In this document: positions 1 to 9,305 of the stretch, piece by piece | How positions within the stretch are numbered: the stretch's first letter is position 1 | Layout of the letters: each line of letters opens with the position of its first letter | Source of the DNA: a virus | Lineage: Duplodnaviria; Caudoviricetes | Direction: 5' to 3' (one strand) | Length of the DNA stretch: 28,641 nucleotides | Virus record (IMG/VR): IMGVR_UViG_3300037043_000157 | Span: 1 to 28,641 of that record | Translations under genes and position numbers: made by a program | Notes under the pieces: model-generated | What the model was told of the DNA's origin: nothing | Seen by the model: only the letters and a program-made list of their open reading frames with translations | Databases searched by the model: none

Positions 1-99
1 GCTGACAATAAACCCAAATTTGGCCTGATATGCAGTGGCCACCGCCGCTATAATAGCTACCCAGATTTGTTTACTATGCCACCAAACTTTTGACTCCAC
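1..99 (-). CDS. Putative holin or small membrane protein, 5' part only (runs off the window edge)
   Basis: Not in the ORF track. GTG at 99 follows GAGGAGG and the endolysin stop. It reads MESKVWWHSKQIWVAIIAAVATAYQAKFGFIVS..., a K-x-W-W-x-S-K-x-x-W motif plus a hydrophobic helix as seen in small phage holin-like proteins. Confidence 0.6.
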   Translation of the reverse strand, partial: MESKVWWHSKQIWVAIIAAVATAYQAKFGFIVS

Positions 100-100
100 C

Positions 101-598
101 TTACACCTCCTCTGTAACTTTATCCCAAGGATACCGAGGACCTGGGTCAGACTTCCTGCCCGCCGGAGTAGCTATGTCCTCATGGCCCACCACATCTTCA
201 ATCGGATAAGCCACAAACAAAGCCTCAATAATCGCCCGGTTAGCTTCTATCTGCTCCACCGGCCAATGCTCTCCTGTGCCTACGTTCTCAATCCCGATAG
301 AAAAGCGGTTGACGTTGCGCTGCCCTTCGTATTCAGATTTCCCGGCGTGCCATGCTTCAATGTTGAGGGGGACCAACTGGTAAACCGTTCCGTCCTTATC
401 CACAATCAGGTGGGCCGAAACATGAGCATCATCCCTTTTGGTGAGCCAACCCAGAGGACTTGCCAGGCTCTTTGTCGCCGTATAGTGGATCACGATCAGC
501 CGGGGAACGATCTTTCCTCCCCGATCCGGGGCCGGATACTGAGGCACCGGAGAGCCGTTGATAAAAAGCAGGTCATCTACCACCAAATATTTACTCAT
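101..598 (-). CDS. Endolysin, N-acetylmuramoyl-L-alanine amidase (Amidase_2/AmpD-like, Zn-dependent)
   Basis: Motifs IVIHYTA, SAHLIV, AWHAG, SIGIE, GHEDI and KSDPG; lies between two small membrane-protein genes. Confidence 0.93.
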   Translation of the reverse strand: MSKYLVVDDLLFINGSPVPQYPAPDRGGKIVPRLIVIHYTATKSLASPLGWLTKRDDAHVSAHLIVDKDGTVYQLVPLNIEAWHAGKSEYEGQRNVNRFSIGIENVGTGEHWPVEQIEANRAIIEALFVAYPIEDVVGHEDIATPAGRKSDPGPRYPWDKVTEEV

Positions 599-882
599 GG
601 TGACATCCCTTTTTTGAGCAGCCCTGCAATGACGTTGCCCAAAACAGATCCGAAGAATGCAGCTGCTGCAACTCCTCCCGCTCCCATGTAAACTAATCTG
701 CGGAGGCTATTAATAGCGGTCCACTGATCTTTATTATCCACCTCAACCCTGTCCATATCTTCATTCAACCCCTTTATCATCGCATCATGACTTCCACAAT
801 GCCGAGTGCCTTGAATGGCAACAATGCTATCGATCTTCTGCGAAATATCTTTATGGATCGGGCAAAATATGTCTGCCATCAT
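595..882 (-). CDS. Putative holin-like protein (coiled coil plus a single C-terminal transmembrane helix)
   Basis: Likely start is ATG-ATG at 882/879 after a purine-rich RBS, shorter than the track ORF 595..942. Hydrophobic C-terminus LVYMGAGGVAAAAFFGSVLGNVIAGLLKK. The stop overlaps the endolysin start (ATGA). Confidence 0.55.
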   Translation of the reverse strand: MMADIFCPIHKDISQKIDSIVAIQGTRHCGSHDAMIKGLNEDMDRVEVDNKDQWTAINSLRRLVYMGAGGVAAAAFFGSVLGNVIAGLLKKGMSP

Positions 883-920
883 CCCTTCCCTTTCGCAACA
901 TGGCTGATTGTTATATCCCC

Positions 921-3125
921 TTAATAATAACTGCGAATACACATCCCAGCCGCGGCCCCGCTGTAATTCCCAAAATGCCGATAGGATGGTATGGCAATCC
1001 AGATTTTTCCAGAAGAAGCCGTGGAAGTCGTGATCCCCATTAAACGGTGAGTCGTGGCGGTGTTGGCAGAATAACGTGGACTGGCAAAGGACCGCCAGGC
1101 GCCATCGCCTGATATGGGCACATTATAAGACTTCCCTGGATCGGTAGTCGTGCCGAAAACAATATCGACCACCTGGGCGGTGTCGCTCCGATAGAAAAAC
1201 TGGCCAACAGACCAATGGGAAGTGGCGGTTGAGGCGTCAAAGAAATTATCAAAGGTGATTGAAGGGGTTGCGCCGGTCCACTCTACCCTGTAAGTCGGGT
1301 GTCCATTATAAGTGATGGTTTCGTCTTTGGTGAGTGTCGCGTTGGTGACGGTAATGCTACCCACATCAAAAAGCCCCATCATGGAAGTCGAAGAACAAGC
1401 CTCCTGCAGCTCTCCTCGCCCCGGGCTGTAGGTGATGAACTCAGGCGGTTGAATCACAAAAGGCCAAATCTTGCCTTCGGTGATCCGAGCTATGGGATTA
1501 TTTCCACTTGTCAGGATAGAGTATTTGTTATCCCAAGCATTGAGCCGCTTGATCTCAATGCTGTGGCAGGTGGTTAAGACAGTGGCCCCGGTGTTGGTGG
1601 TCTTGTAAAACCCCTTATAGGTGCTGCCGGTCCCCTGCCAGTTGTGGGTGCATTGGTCAAAAAGAATATTATGGCAGTCGGTCATATAGACCGCATCAGT
1701 GGCGGTAAGATTTGCTGTGCTCCAGCCAAAGCCGACCCGCTTGATCTCCCCGTTGCTGCACGAGGTAAGGCGCATAATCGGGTTGTCGGCGTTCAGGTTG
1801 GCTCCGCCCTCGATGTAGCAGTTATCGATTAGAAACCGATAAATGCCATTCATCTTAATGGCTTCGGCCCCCGGCACTTCAAAAATACAATCTTTAATTG
1901 AGTAGTTGCCAGCATTGCCGCCCGATACTGAGGAATCAATGTCGATTGCCGCCGCTACGTTGGCGTTAAACAAACACCGATTGATGCTCCACACATTCGA
2001 GACATGAGAGCTGTTGGTAGTAAACTCCTTGATCCCGTTGTTGCCACTGAAAAACTCGCAGTCTTCTATTGCCACTCCGATGCTATACAAGCCATAGACC
2101 CCGGAGGCAAATTTATTGAAACGGCAGTTATAGATTTTTATGTTGGCAGATGTGTTCGCCGCACCAAAAGCAATTCCATAACCATTATTGCCTGTTGCCC
2201 CTGAAAAGTAAAAATCCGAAATCCTGACCATCGAATTAATAGCCGCTATGGTCAGAATGTTATTCGTGGTAGCCTGGACAAAAGTTGAGTTGTTTCCCTT
2301 GATGTGGATGAAGAACGGGTCCGATGCCGAACTCACGATTATTTCTTCAACCAGGTATTTAGCCTTGCTCGTGGCCTCTACCGTGAAATAACCGTAAGTC
2401 CCGCTTGCATATAATACCGCAGTGTTAAAACATCTCTGCCAGGCATCAGTGTCGTTGGTTGTTCCATCGCCCACAGCGCCCCACCAGGCCGGGAACAGTG
2501 CGGTTTGATTCGAAGTGCTGGCAAACTTAACGATCCCGGTCCCGGCGCATGAAAACACCGCATACGGCCCCGCCTCCAAATGGCCGTTTATGGTAAAAGT
2601 CCTGCCGGTGGGGACGATAATCGGAGCGCCTATCTCAACTCTCAAAGACACTCCGACAGGTAAAGTGCGGTTGCTGGAAGCGTCAAGGGTTCGGGCCGCA
2701 GTGTTGGCAGTGTTCGGCACCAGGATCGTTGTGCCGGCCGCAGGTGTAGCCGCAAGGATAGCGTCCAGGGTGTTCGTGGTGTTGACCACGACATTGAGCC
2801 AGGGTACACCGCCAGCACCAAGAGCGCCGATCTGGGTCTGAATTGCTGATGTTACACCCTTGACATAGCTGAGTTCAGTCAAAGATGGCGCACTCGCCCC
2901 ACCCAGGCGGGTTTCGAGAGCCGCAGAAGTCAGCATCGTCGCTGAAACCCACAAATCGAAGGCGTCCATAGCCGCATTAAATTCGGTGGCCTTTGCCGAC
3001 CCAGAATCACCATAGGCAGGCTTGGGCAATCCGTGCGTAGTAGTAGCCATGGTACCAAAGGACGGCGACATAAAGGCCAGAATTACGGCCATAACCACAA
3101 TCAATACTAAACCCTTATTTCTCAT
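921..3125 (-). CDS. Tailspike/depolymerase-like protein with a right-handed beta-helix (pectate-lyase-like) and an N-terminal signal-peptide-like segment
   Basis: WWGAVGDGTTNDTDAWQRC motif typical of the start of pectate_lyase_3-type beta-helices, repeated I-x-N/D-C-x-F strands, and the fibre motif TELSYVKGVTSAIQTQI. AGGAGG RBS sits 5 nt before ATG 3125. Confidence 0.75.
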   Translation of the reverse strand: MRNKGLVLIVVMAVILAFMSPSFGTMATTTHGLPKPAYGDSGSAKATEFNAAMDAFDLWVSATMLTSAALETRLGGASAPSLTELSYVKGVTSAIQTQIGALGAGGVPWLNVVVNTTNTLDAILAATPAAGTTILVPNTANTAARTLDASSNRTLPVGVSLRVEIGAPIIVPTGRTFTINGHLEAGPYAVFSCAGTGIVKFASTSNQTALFPAWWGAVGDGTTNDTDAWQRCFNTAVLYASGTYGYFTVEATSKAKYLVEEIIVSSASDPFFIHIKGNNSTFVQATTNNILTIAAINSMVRISDFYFSGATGNNGYGIAFGAANTSANIKIYNCRFNKFASGVYGLYSIGVAIEDCEFFSGNNGIKEFTTNSSHVSNVWSINRCLFNANVAAAIDIDSSVSGGNAGNYSIKDCIFEVPGAEAIKMNGIYRFLIDNCYIEGGANLNADNPIMRLTSCSNGEIKRVGFGWSTANLTATDAVYMTDCHNILFDQCTHNWQGTGSTYKGFYKTTNTGATVLTTCHSIEIKRLNAWDNKYSILTSGNNPIARITEGKIWPFVIQPPEFITYSPGRGELQEACSSTSMMGLFDVGSITVTNATLTKDETITYNGHPTYRVEWTGATPSITFDNFFDASTATSHWSVGQFFYRSDTAQVVDIVFGTTTDPGKSYNVPISGDGAWRSFASPRYSANTATTHRLMGITTSTASSGKIWIAIPSYRHFGNYSGAAAGMCIRSYY

Positions 3126-3338
3126 CACCGCCTCCTGAAGTTCCTTCAGTTATTACTTGTTTGTCTACAGACCCCAACATGGCAGATTGGTGCTTCTCTG
3201 TTGTGCTACCAAAGCATTTGACCACTGCTGTCAGCCCTTTCTCAGGTGTGCTCCAATCTTGTTTCAGCAAGTCAGCATGCACAAGAACAATGCAGTTAAA
3301 ATGAGCGTTTTCATTCGTTCTCTCCACCCAACAAACTA

Positions 3339-4391
3339 TTAAGATGTCCTCAACCAAAGATAATGACCAACCTGCAATTCAAAGCGCCGCGCCCACATAT
3401 TTGACGTGCCCCAGTTGTCGGCAATTTTTATGGCATAATATCTATAAGCGACTGAATTTGTCACTTTCACAAAATGAGGGTCAGACTGATCGGCAGCAAC
3501 ATGTTGCGCAAATTGAGTTATGTCGGTAGTTAATTGGGTCCAGTTGGTATCGGTTCCATAAGTCAGTTCAGCAAAAGCTGTGGGGGTGTTCGATCCCCAA
3601 AGAGTAAAATTTTTAACCCCTTTGCCAGTTTCAGCGCCGGTATTATGCTCGTTTTCGTAATAGAGACGGGTCACGACTTTTGCAGATCCCAGATCGATGT
3701 GAAACCTCTGGCTGTTGGAGGCAACAGTCCCCCAACCGTTCGATTCTGCCCCCATCAAAGAGTTCGCCGGATTAGCTGCTTGATGGGCAGGAGAGTAGTC
3801 TGCCGAAGTTGCCTTCACAAAATTGGTATCGAAGGCCGGAGGATAAACGGAGACAAACCCCAAACGCTCGTCCATCGCAGACCAGACCCCATAACCAAGT
3901 TCGGTGGCCGGATCGCCCCCCTGATTTGCATAAATTCCATTAACTGGGAATGCTTCTGATGACCCTGCCCCGGAGACCCGCTCGTCCGTAATCATATCGT
4001 TAGTAATCACGGTGGAGGTGGTCTGGAGCAGAACCTGACAAACCGGCAACTTCCCGGAGGTTATGGCAGGGGCAGTAGGGGACCCGGCAGGAGTGCCAGT
4101 AATAACCGAGACTACTCCGGTTTGACCGTCTATCACTACCCGGTCAATACGCGGATTGCCTACTGGAGCTATGATCGTGGCTGAGTTCTGGGCCGCTTTT
4201 TCGGTGAGAACCCCGCCTACCCAAACCGGGCCGGGGTCGATCCGCACGGTCATGTTCGGGGTGCTTTGCTCATGGGGGGCGAACATCTGGCCGATCCGGG
4301 CCAAGACCGCTAAAGAATTATCGATAGCCGCCTTATAGACAGACCCAGATTGAGTCTCATGGTCTGGCTGTAAAAAGGTGCCTACACTCAT
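3339..4391 (-). CDS. Tail fibre or receptor-binding-like protein with a C-terminal discoidin (F5/8 type C)-like domain
   Basis: The N-terminal PRIDRVVID...GTPAGSPTAP...DER segment is typical of phage minor tail proteins. The C-terminal FHIDLGSAKVV...KNFTLWGSN...W...AYRYYAIKI pattern is typical of galactose-binding/discoidin domains. Confidence 0.7.
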   Translation of the reverse strand: MSVGTFLQPDHETQSGSVYKAAIDNSLAVLARIGQMFAPHEQSTPNMTVRIDPGPVWVGGVLTEKAAQNSATIIAPVGNPRIDRVVIDGQTGVVSVITGTPAGSPTAPAITSGKLPVCQVLLQTTSTVITNDMITDERVSGAGSSEAFPVNGIYANQGGDPATELGYGVWSAMDERLGFVSVYPPAFDTNFVKATSADYSPAHQAANPANSLMGAESNGWGTVASNSQRFHIDLGSAKVVTRLYYENEHNTGAETGKGVKNFTLWGSNTPTAFAELTYGTDTNWTQLTTDITQFAQHVAADQSDPHFVKVTNSVAYRYYAIKIADNWGTSNMWARRFELQVGHYLWLRTS

Positions 4392-4573
4392 GTGGATTCC
4401 CCTTTGACTATTTCGCTGTCAATTTTTTTGGCGGCTTCAGTAGCCCGGAAATCAGCCTGACTCCCAGATTTCGGGTGTATTAAGGTTTCTGCAACCGGTT
4501 CGACCCCGGCCAACCGTTCCAAAACCATAATCCGTTTTTCCAGTCTAATTACGAGTTCTGGGATAGTGGCCAT
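4388..4573 (-). CDS. Hypothetical protein (short, coiled-coil-like)
   Basis: Fills the gap between the tip gene and the fibre gene, has a GAGG RBS, and its stop overlaps the next start (ATGA). Confidence 0.6.
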   Translation of the reverse strand: MATIPELVIRLEKRIMVLERLAGVEPVAETLIHPKSGSQADFRATEAAKKIDSEIVKGEST

Positions 4574-4582
4574 CTTGAACCT

Positions 4583-7500
4583 CTACGCCGCCTGGTCAAT
4601 GGTCGGCTGAAACCCCGTCAGCCTCAATACGCCGACCGCAGGGTCAACAAATAATTTGAACTTGACATACCGCCCCTCAAAATAGCCGATGCCCCAACTC
4701 TCGAAACCGTCGTAAGCCCCGCCGGCCAGTTTGTAATCCAGGGAAAGAAGCGGTTTTTTGGTGCCGGTTTCTCCCGGCCCTAAATTGCTGTAAATCCGGG
4801 CCCAGGCCCGGGCGACCTCATCAGAACCCAAGTCTATTTCCGGGCTGGTGTAGCTTATCTCGCTGTAAGGATTGACCACGTAGTTGTCGAACACGTCGAA
4901 ATCATCGCCGTCCGGGATGTCTTGATCATCCGGGTTTAGGTTGCCAGTCAAGGGATTGCGCACCAGGTTTACCAACGTGCCTTCCCAAAGCGGCCGACGC
5001 TCCACGCTGCTCAAAATCGCGTAGAACTGAAAAACCTGAAAGGTTTTCCGGGCCTCATTGGTTGAGTAGTTCCCCGAGGTGTCAAGGGCTTTAATCATCA
5101 CGTCCCAGGTGCCCGGCGGAAGGTTGGTGGTGGTGAACGAATTACCCTTGTATTCGCCGTTTACCAGGATGCCGGCTGACCAGGGCTCCCCCACTTCGCC
5201 ATAACGGATTTCATAACTGGCCCGATCTAAATCCGGTATGGCAGTCCAGAGGGCGGTAATCACGTTCTCCACTTGCATGACATAGAACCCGGTCACATCA
5301 GCCGGCGGGGCCGTCTTACCCTCCACCACCTCAGTTTCGGTGGCGCCCCATGGACCTCGAGAACCGTCCTTTTTGACATAGCGTAGGCGGAAGTCATAGC
5401 TTTGGCCGTCAGTCACCGGCATGATAGACACCTCGCCGGTGTCCAGGGGCACCACCGGAAGAGTGACTGCGGCCTCATCGCTGCCGGTCACCCAAAACTG
5501 ACACTGAACGCCGGTAATCTGGCTATCCAGGGCGGACGGCCGAGTCAGGTTTACCAAAATGCGGGACTGCCAGCCGCCCCCGGGGATGGGAAACAGCACC
5601 GTGCCGTCTGATCTGATCCAGGAAATTACCGGGGACCACCATTCCACCGGGGCGGTTATTTTCGGATCATGGGCCGGGATAGTGCCCACGTCCGCCAGGT
5701 AGATGTTTTCGTCATAGGGCAGCGCAATCACCGTGGCAGATAGGTCGCTGTTCGGCTGAATGGATTTGATGATCAGATCGATGGCCTCCAGATCCGCTTC
5801 ACCGAAGAGAAACAGGTCCCCCACCGCCGGCCAGTCCCCCGCCGCCGGGATCGGAGTCGCAAAGATCGCCGTTTTTAGTGCGTCTTCGGAACTTGCAAAC
5901 CATTCAGAGCTAAACCAGCCTTCTTTAAACCATCCGCCTGACCCCGTCTCAATGGGACAAAGAAGGCTGGTATTATCGGCCAGGCGGAACCGGAGAACGT
6001 AATCTTTCCCGGCTTCCATGGGGAGAAGTTCATCAACCGTTACACCAGCCAAACTCCCCGAATAAATTGGTTCCGGCGGGTCGTCTTCTGTGTATCCAAT
6101 AATCTCCATAACCAGGGTCTTAACCCGCCCCCAGGAAAGCCCCGTCAACATCACGTCATGGGCGAATTTGATCCGGTCCCCCCGGGTGGCCACCAGCCAT
6201 TCGATATCGGTGTCGAATTGGACAGTCTCGCAGCGCAGGGTTGCCACAGCGTAATGGTAGCGGGCATGTCGAAAGACCAACTCCGGGTCCGTGACCCCAG
6301 GGAGGTCAAGTTGCTCAAAGATCGTGGCGGCCGGGTATTCCGGGTGTGACACCCCCCAGGCATCTTTCCCGTCAATCTGATAGCCATCAGCCAGGACTAT
6401 CCGCTCATCCTGCTGGTACTGCATATCCTCATTGACAAAGGGGCACCGGAAGGCGTGGGGCCGGTCCACGATGGTAATGGTGGATTGAAAGGAATCCTTG
6501 AGGATATTACGCGGAGTGAAGGCCGGGCCGATGGTGAAGGTCTGGGGTTCGTCGATGATCACCCCCACTTTGGAATCAATCCGGGAGAAGGCCGACCGGG
6601 CGGCGGCGGCAATTTCCCTCAGGAGATCTTCAACCGTGGCCGAATAGTCAATATATTTGTTGAATTTCCAGGCTTGAGTCACACAATATGCGTGCCAGTA
6701 CTGGAGATTCAGCAGGTCGATCCGGGAGTCTGCCAAGGGTTTTTGATTCTGGGCACCCTGCAAAACCAGCCGGTAGAGGCTGGCAGGGTTTTGCGTCGCC
6801 CGGGTGATCCAGGTCTCGGTGTCCACATCCCAATCCAGGCAAATGCTGGTGAGGGTGCCCTTGAATTCATCCACCGTGCCGTTAAGCTGCCCCGTGGCCT
6901 TGATGCGCATGGCGGTTTTGGCCAGGGGGTGCGGGAAATCTATAGGGTCTTCATTGGTGATGGTGCGCAAGGCCACCCAGTAACTCACCGATGAGGTCCA
7001 GATGGTATCGGGGGGGGTAAGGCGCTTCACCTTGATGTCGTACTGGCCGCGGGCCGCAGGCTTCCAGCGCAGGTTGCCGCGCACCTGGGATTTAGTGTTG
7101 CCGGTCATGGTGATGGCGGTGGCAGGGTCACCCTTGCCGTCGGTTCCGGAAGGGGTAAGCCAGGGCCCCGAGGTGCCGGTTTCCCGGTAAGTCACGGTGA
7201 AATTCACCGTTATTGCATAAGTACCGCCTTCAGAGGTCAACCCCATGAGGCTGTTACAGGCCACGTCGATGGAAAGCTCGTCGGCGTCCTGTTCCGAGGT
7301 GCGGGTGTTTTCGACGTTCTGCTCCAATTCAATGCCCAGGGCCTCTTCCTGGATGTTGACGGTGTAAAGGGTAAGAGGATCATCGCCGTAGGTGATCGAG
7401 GCCGTCTGAACCCCGTTCCCGGCCTCGGTGGTGGTGGCGGTGCTGGTGGTGTAAGTCAGCACCAGGGCCGTGACCTCGGAAATCAGGTAGGTGGTGTCAT

Positions 7501-8407
7501 TGGCCGGCGTGGTGCAGCCGCCCAGGGTCACGGTGTCCCCGGCCTTGATCCCGTCCAGGAGCCAGTTGCCGGAGGTCCGGATCAAGGTCTTGGCCGTAAC
7601 GTTAATGGCGATGGTCTGGGACGACAGGAGCAGGGTCAGGTTGCGGTGCTCAACCTCCAACCCCTGATAGTTTTCCAGGATAGTATCGGCAATGCGGAGG
7701 TCCTCCAGTTGCACCGGAGAAAAACCCCAGACAAACAGGAGGCGGAGGTACTGATCGGCCCCGGCGCTCTCGGTGTAGGTCCGCGCCCCGTAGAACGGCG
7801 CCACCCGGAACTTGCCCAGGATAAAGGGCACCGGCGCCCAAAGATTCGCCTTGTTCTGAGCCCCGGTAATGGATAAGGTTGGGGAAGATTGACTGCCTCC
7901 ATAATCCAAACCAATCGGCGACACACCCGACAAAGCGCCAATGGTTCCGCCGCCGCCGGGCTTGACCGGCGGGAACAGGGCGTTCAGGGCCAGGTTTCCG
8001 GCCATGCCGACGATCGCCCCCGCCAGGCTACCCGCAATCCCAGCCCACATGGGGCCGAGAGCACCCCACGTCAACACCGTGGTTACGACAGCCACCACAA
8101 TCGCAGCAATGGCAATAAAAATACTTCCGATAATCCGCCCCACCTTGCCGGAGGGCACCACGCGGATATCGATGTTAGACCCAGGCTCCGGGTAAGTGCT
8201 GTCCCATTTGCCGGGATCAATATATTTATCGTTTACCCAAATATGCGCCCGGCGCCGTAGGAGGGCGTCAGGCTGGACTTCCTGGAGGATTTGAGACAGG
8301 GATATGGTCGGGGCGAAGGAGTGCTCTTCGTGGGCCACCTTGAACGGGTGCGGGCAGGCCACGACCCGCAATGGTTGAGGTTCAGAGGGAACCGGCAAGT
8401 TCTGCAT
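4583..8407 (-). CDS. Tail tip/host-specificity protein (lambda gpI-like N-terminus fused to gpJ/TipJ-like body with FN3-like domains)
   Basis: 1274 aa. Ubiquitin-like N-terminus plus a Gly/Ala hydrophobic stretch (gpI-like), VPFILGKFRVAP, YDIKVKRLT, TQNPASLYRLVL, RGDRIKFAHD and C-terminal fibronectin-III-like segments. Follows NlpC/P60. Confidence 0.88.
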   Translation of the reverse strand: MQNLPVPSEPQPLRVVACPHPFKVAHEEHSFAPTISLSQILQEVQPDALLRRRAHIWVNDKYIDPGKWDSTYPEPGSNIDIRVVPSGKVGRIIGSIFIAIAAIVVAVVTTVLTWGALGPMWAGIAGSLAGAIVGMAGNLALNALFPPVKPGGGGTIGALSGVSPIGLDYGGSQSSPTLSITGAQNKANLWAPVPFILGKFRVAPFYGARTYTESAGADQYLRLLFVWGFSPVQLEDLRIADTILENYQGLEVEHRNLTLLLSSQTIAINVTAKTLIRTSGNWLLDGIKAGDTVTLGGCTTPANDTTYLISEVTALVLTYTTSTATTTEAGNGVQTASITYGDDPLTLYTVNIQEEALGIELEQNVENTRTSEQDADELSIDVACNSLMGLTSEGGTYAITVNFTVTYRETGTSGPWLTPSGTDGKGDPATAITMTGNTKSQVRGNLRWKPAARGQYDIKVKRLTPPDTIWTSSVSYWVALRTITNEDPIDFPHPLAKTAMRIKATGQLNGTVDEFKGTLTSICLDWDVDTETWITRATQNPASLYRLVLQGAQNQKPLADSRIDLLNLQYWHAYCVTQAWKFNKYIDYSATVEDLLREIAAAARSAFSRIDSKVGVIIDEPQTFTIGPAFTPRNILKDSFQSTITIVDRPHAFRCPFVNEDMQYQQDERIVLADGYQIDGKDAWGVSHPEYPAATIFEQLDLPGVTDPELVFRHARYHYAVATLRCETVQFDTDIEWLVATRGDRIKFAHDVMLTGLSWGRVKTLVMEIIGYTEDDPPEPIYSGSLAGVTVDELLPMEAGKDYVLRFRLADNTSLLCPIETGSGGWFKEGWFSSEWFASSEDALKTAIFATPIPAAGDWPAVGDLFLFGEADLEAIDLIIKSIQPNSDLSATVIALPYDENIYLADVGTIPAHDPKITAPVEWWSPVISWIRSDGTVLFPIPGGGWQSRILVNLTRPSALDSQITGVQCQFWVTGSDEAAVTLPVVPLDTGEVSIMPVTDGQSYDFRLRYVKKDGSRGPWGATETEVVEGKTAPPADVTGFYVMQVENVITALWTAIPDLDRASYEIRYGEVGEPWSAGILVNGEYKGNSFTTTNLPPGTWDVMIKALDTSGNYSTNEARKTFQVFQFYAILSSVERRPLWEGTLVNLVRNPLTGNLNPDDQDIPDGDDFDVFDNYVVNPYSEISYTSPEIDLGSDEVARAWARIYSNLGPGETGTKKPLLSLDYKLAGGAYDGFESWGIGYFEGRYVKFKLFVDPAVGVLRLTGFQPTIDQAA

Positions 8408-8822
8408 GGCGGTAAATCCCGATCACCTGGTTTTTCCAGGCGGCCGCGTTATAAGACTCTACGCATGTCTCAATTTTCATGTCCACATGCAGCATGAGCC
8501 CCGCCTTGACCACCAACCCCACATGGCAGGGCCAAGACCCCTCCCGGAGCACAATCACATCACCAGGGCGCTCCTGATGCGCCTCTACCTCTATCCAAAG
8601 CTGTTTCTGTGCGTCAATTATTTCCCCGGCCTCCCGGGAGTTAAGGGCCGAGATATGTTCATACCCCGGCAACTCCACCCCGAAACACTCCCGGTAGGCC
8701 CTGACCACCAGGCCCCAGCAATCCCAGCCGGGAAAATCCCGGCCCTGGTCCAGGAAGGGGACCCCGATAGCCAGGCGGGCAAATTCAGTGAGGTTCAATT
8801 TTTTAATGTTTTTTCCGCCCAT
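8382..8822 (-). CDS. NlpC/P60 family tail-assembly peptidase (lambda gpK C-terminal-like)
   Basis: GVPF..GRD..GWDCWGLV catalytic Cys motif and HVGLVV...MLH His motifs; position before the tip gene. Confidence 0.9.
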   Translation of the reverse strand: MGGKNIKKLNLTEFARLAIGVPFLDQGRDFPGWDCWGLVVRAYRECFGVELPGYEHISALNSREAGEIIDAQKQLWIEVEAHQERPGDVIVLREGSWPCHVGLVVKAGLMLHVDMKIETCVESYNAAAWKNQVIGIYRHAELAGSL

Positions 8823-9305
8823 TTAATACAACCCTGAAAAATAAGTCGGGCTGAAACTGTACCCGCAGGCCGGCTCCTTGAATAACCCTTCCAGCGTCAA
8901 GATCGCTTCAATGGTCAGGCTGTCGTAGGTAATTTCCCGCATCTCGAAATCGGTGAACGCCGCCTCCACCACGTCTGGGGCCGAGGCCTTCACCAGCTCC
9001 AACGTTACCACCGGGGCCACGCCACCCGCCGCCGCCAGCCGGAGCGAGGCCACCAGCGTCCGGTCGATGTTGTCGATGACCAGTTTCGCTTGGGGAGGGC
9101 GGTCATCCGAATCATCCGACAAGGTCGGCTGGAAGGGGCAGGCCAGGAAGGGAATAGTCCGGCTTACCAGGTTCGCCCCGGAGTTGTTCAGATAAACCGG
9201 CTCCGGCAGGTCCGGGTGATCGATGGTCACCAACACGATAAACGCCTCATCGGTTTCCTGGGCGTTCACCGCGGCGATGAAATCCAGGGACACATCCCGG
9301 CTCAT
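8823..9305 (-). CDS. Minor tail protein (DUF1833-like, positional gpL equivalent)
   Basis: LVTIDHPDL...FLACPF...P.AKLVIDNIDR...F.P..F.GLY pattern; sits between the distal tail gene and NlpC/P60. Confidence 0.8.
   Translation of the reverse strand: MSRDVSLDFIAAVNAQETDEAFIVLVTIDHPDLPEPVYLNNSGANLVSRTIPFLACPFQPTLSDDSDDRPPQAKLVIDNIDRTLVASLRLAAAGGVAPVVTLELVKASAPDVVEAAFTDFEMREITYDSLTIEAILTLEGLFKEPACGYSFSPTYFSGLY

Noticed and set aside
3115-3357. 80-aa minus-strand ORF between the fibre and tailspike genes
   Set aside because: It has a TTG start inside the upstream gene, no clear RBS and no recognisable motif, so it is not supported enough to call.
921-4391. A second VR in the fibre or tailspike genes
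   Set aside because: By eye neither 3' end resembles the TR. A computational search of the whole genome would be needed to exclude remote targets.
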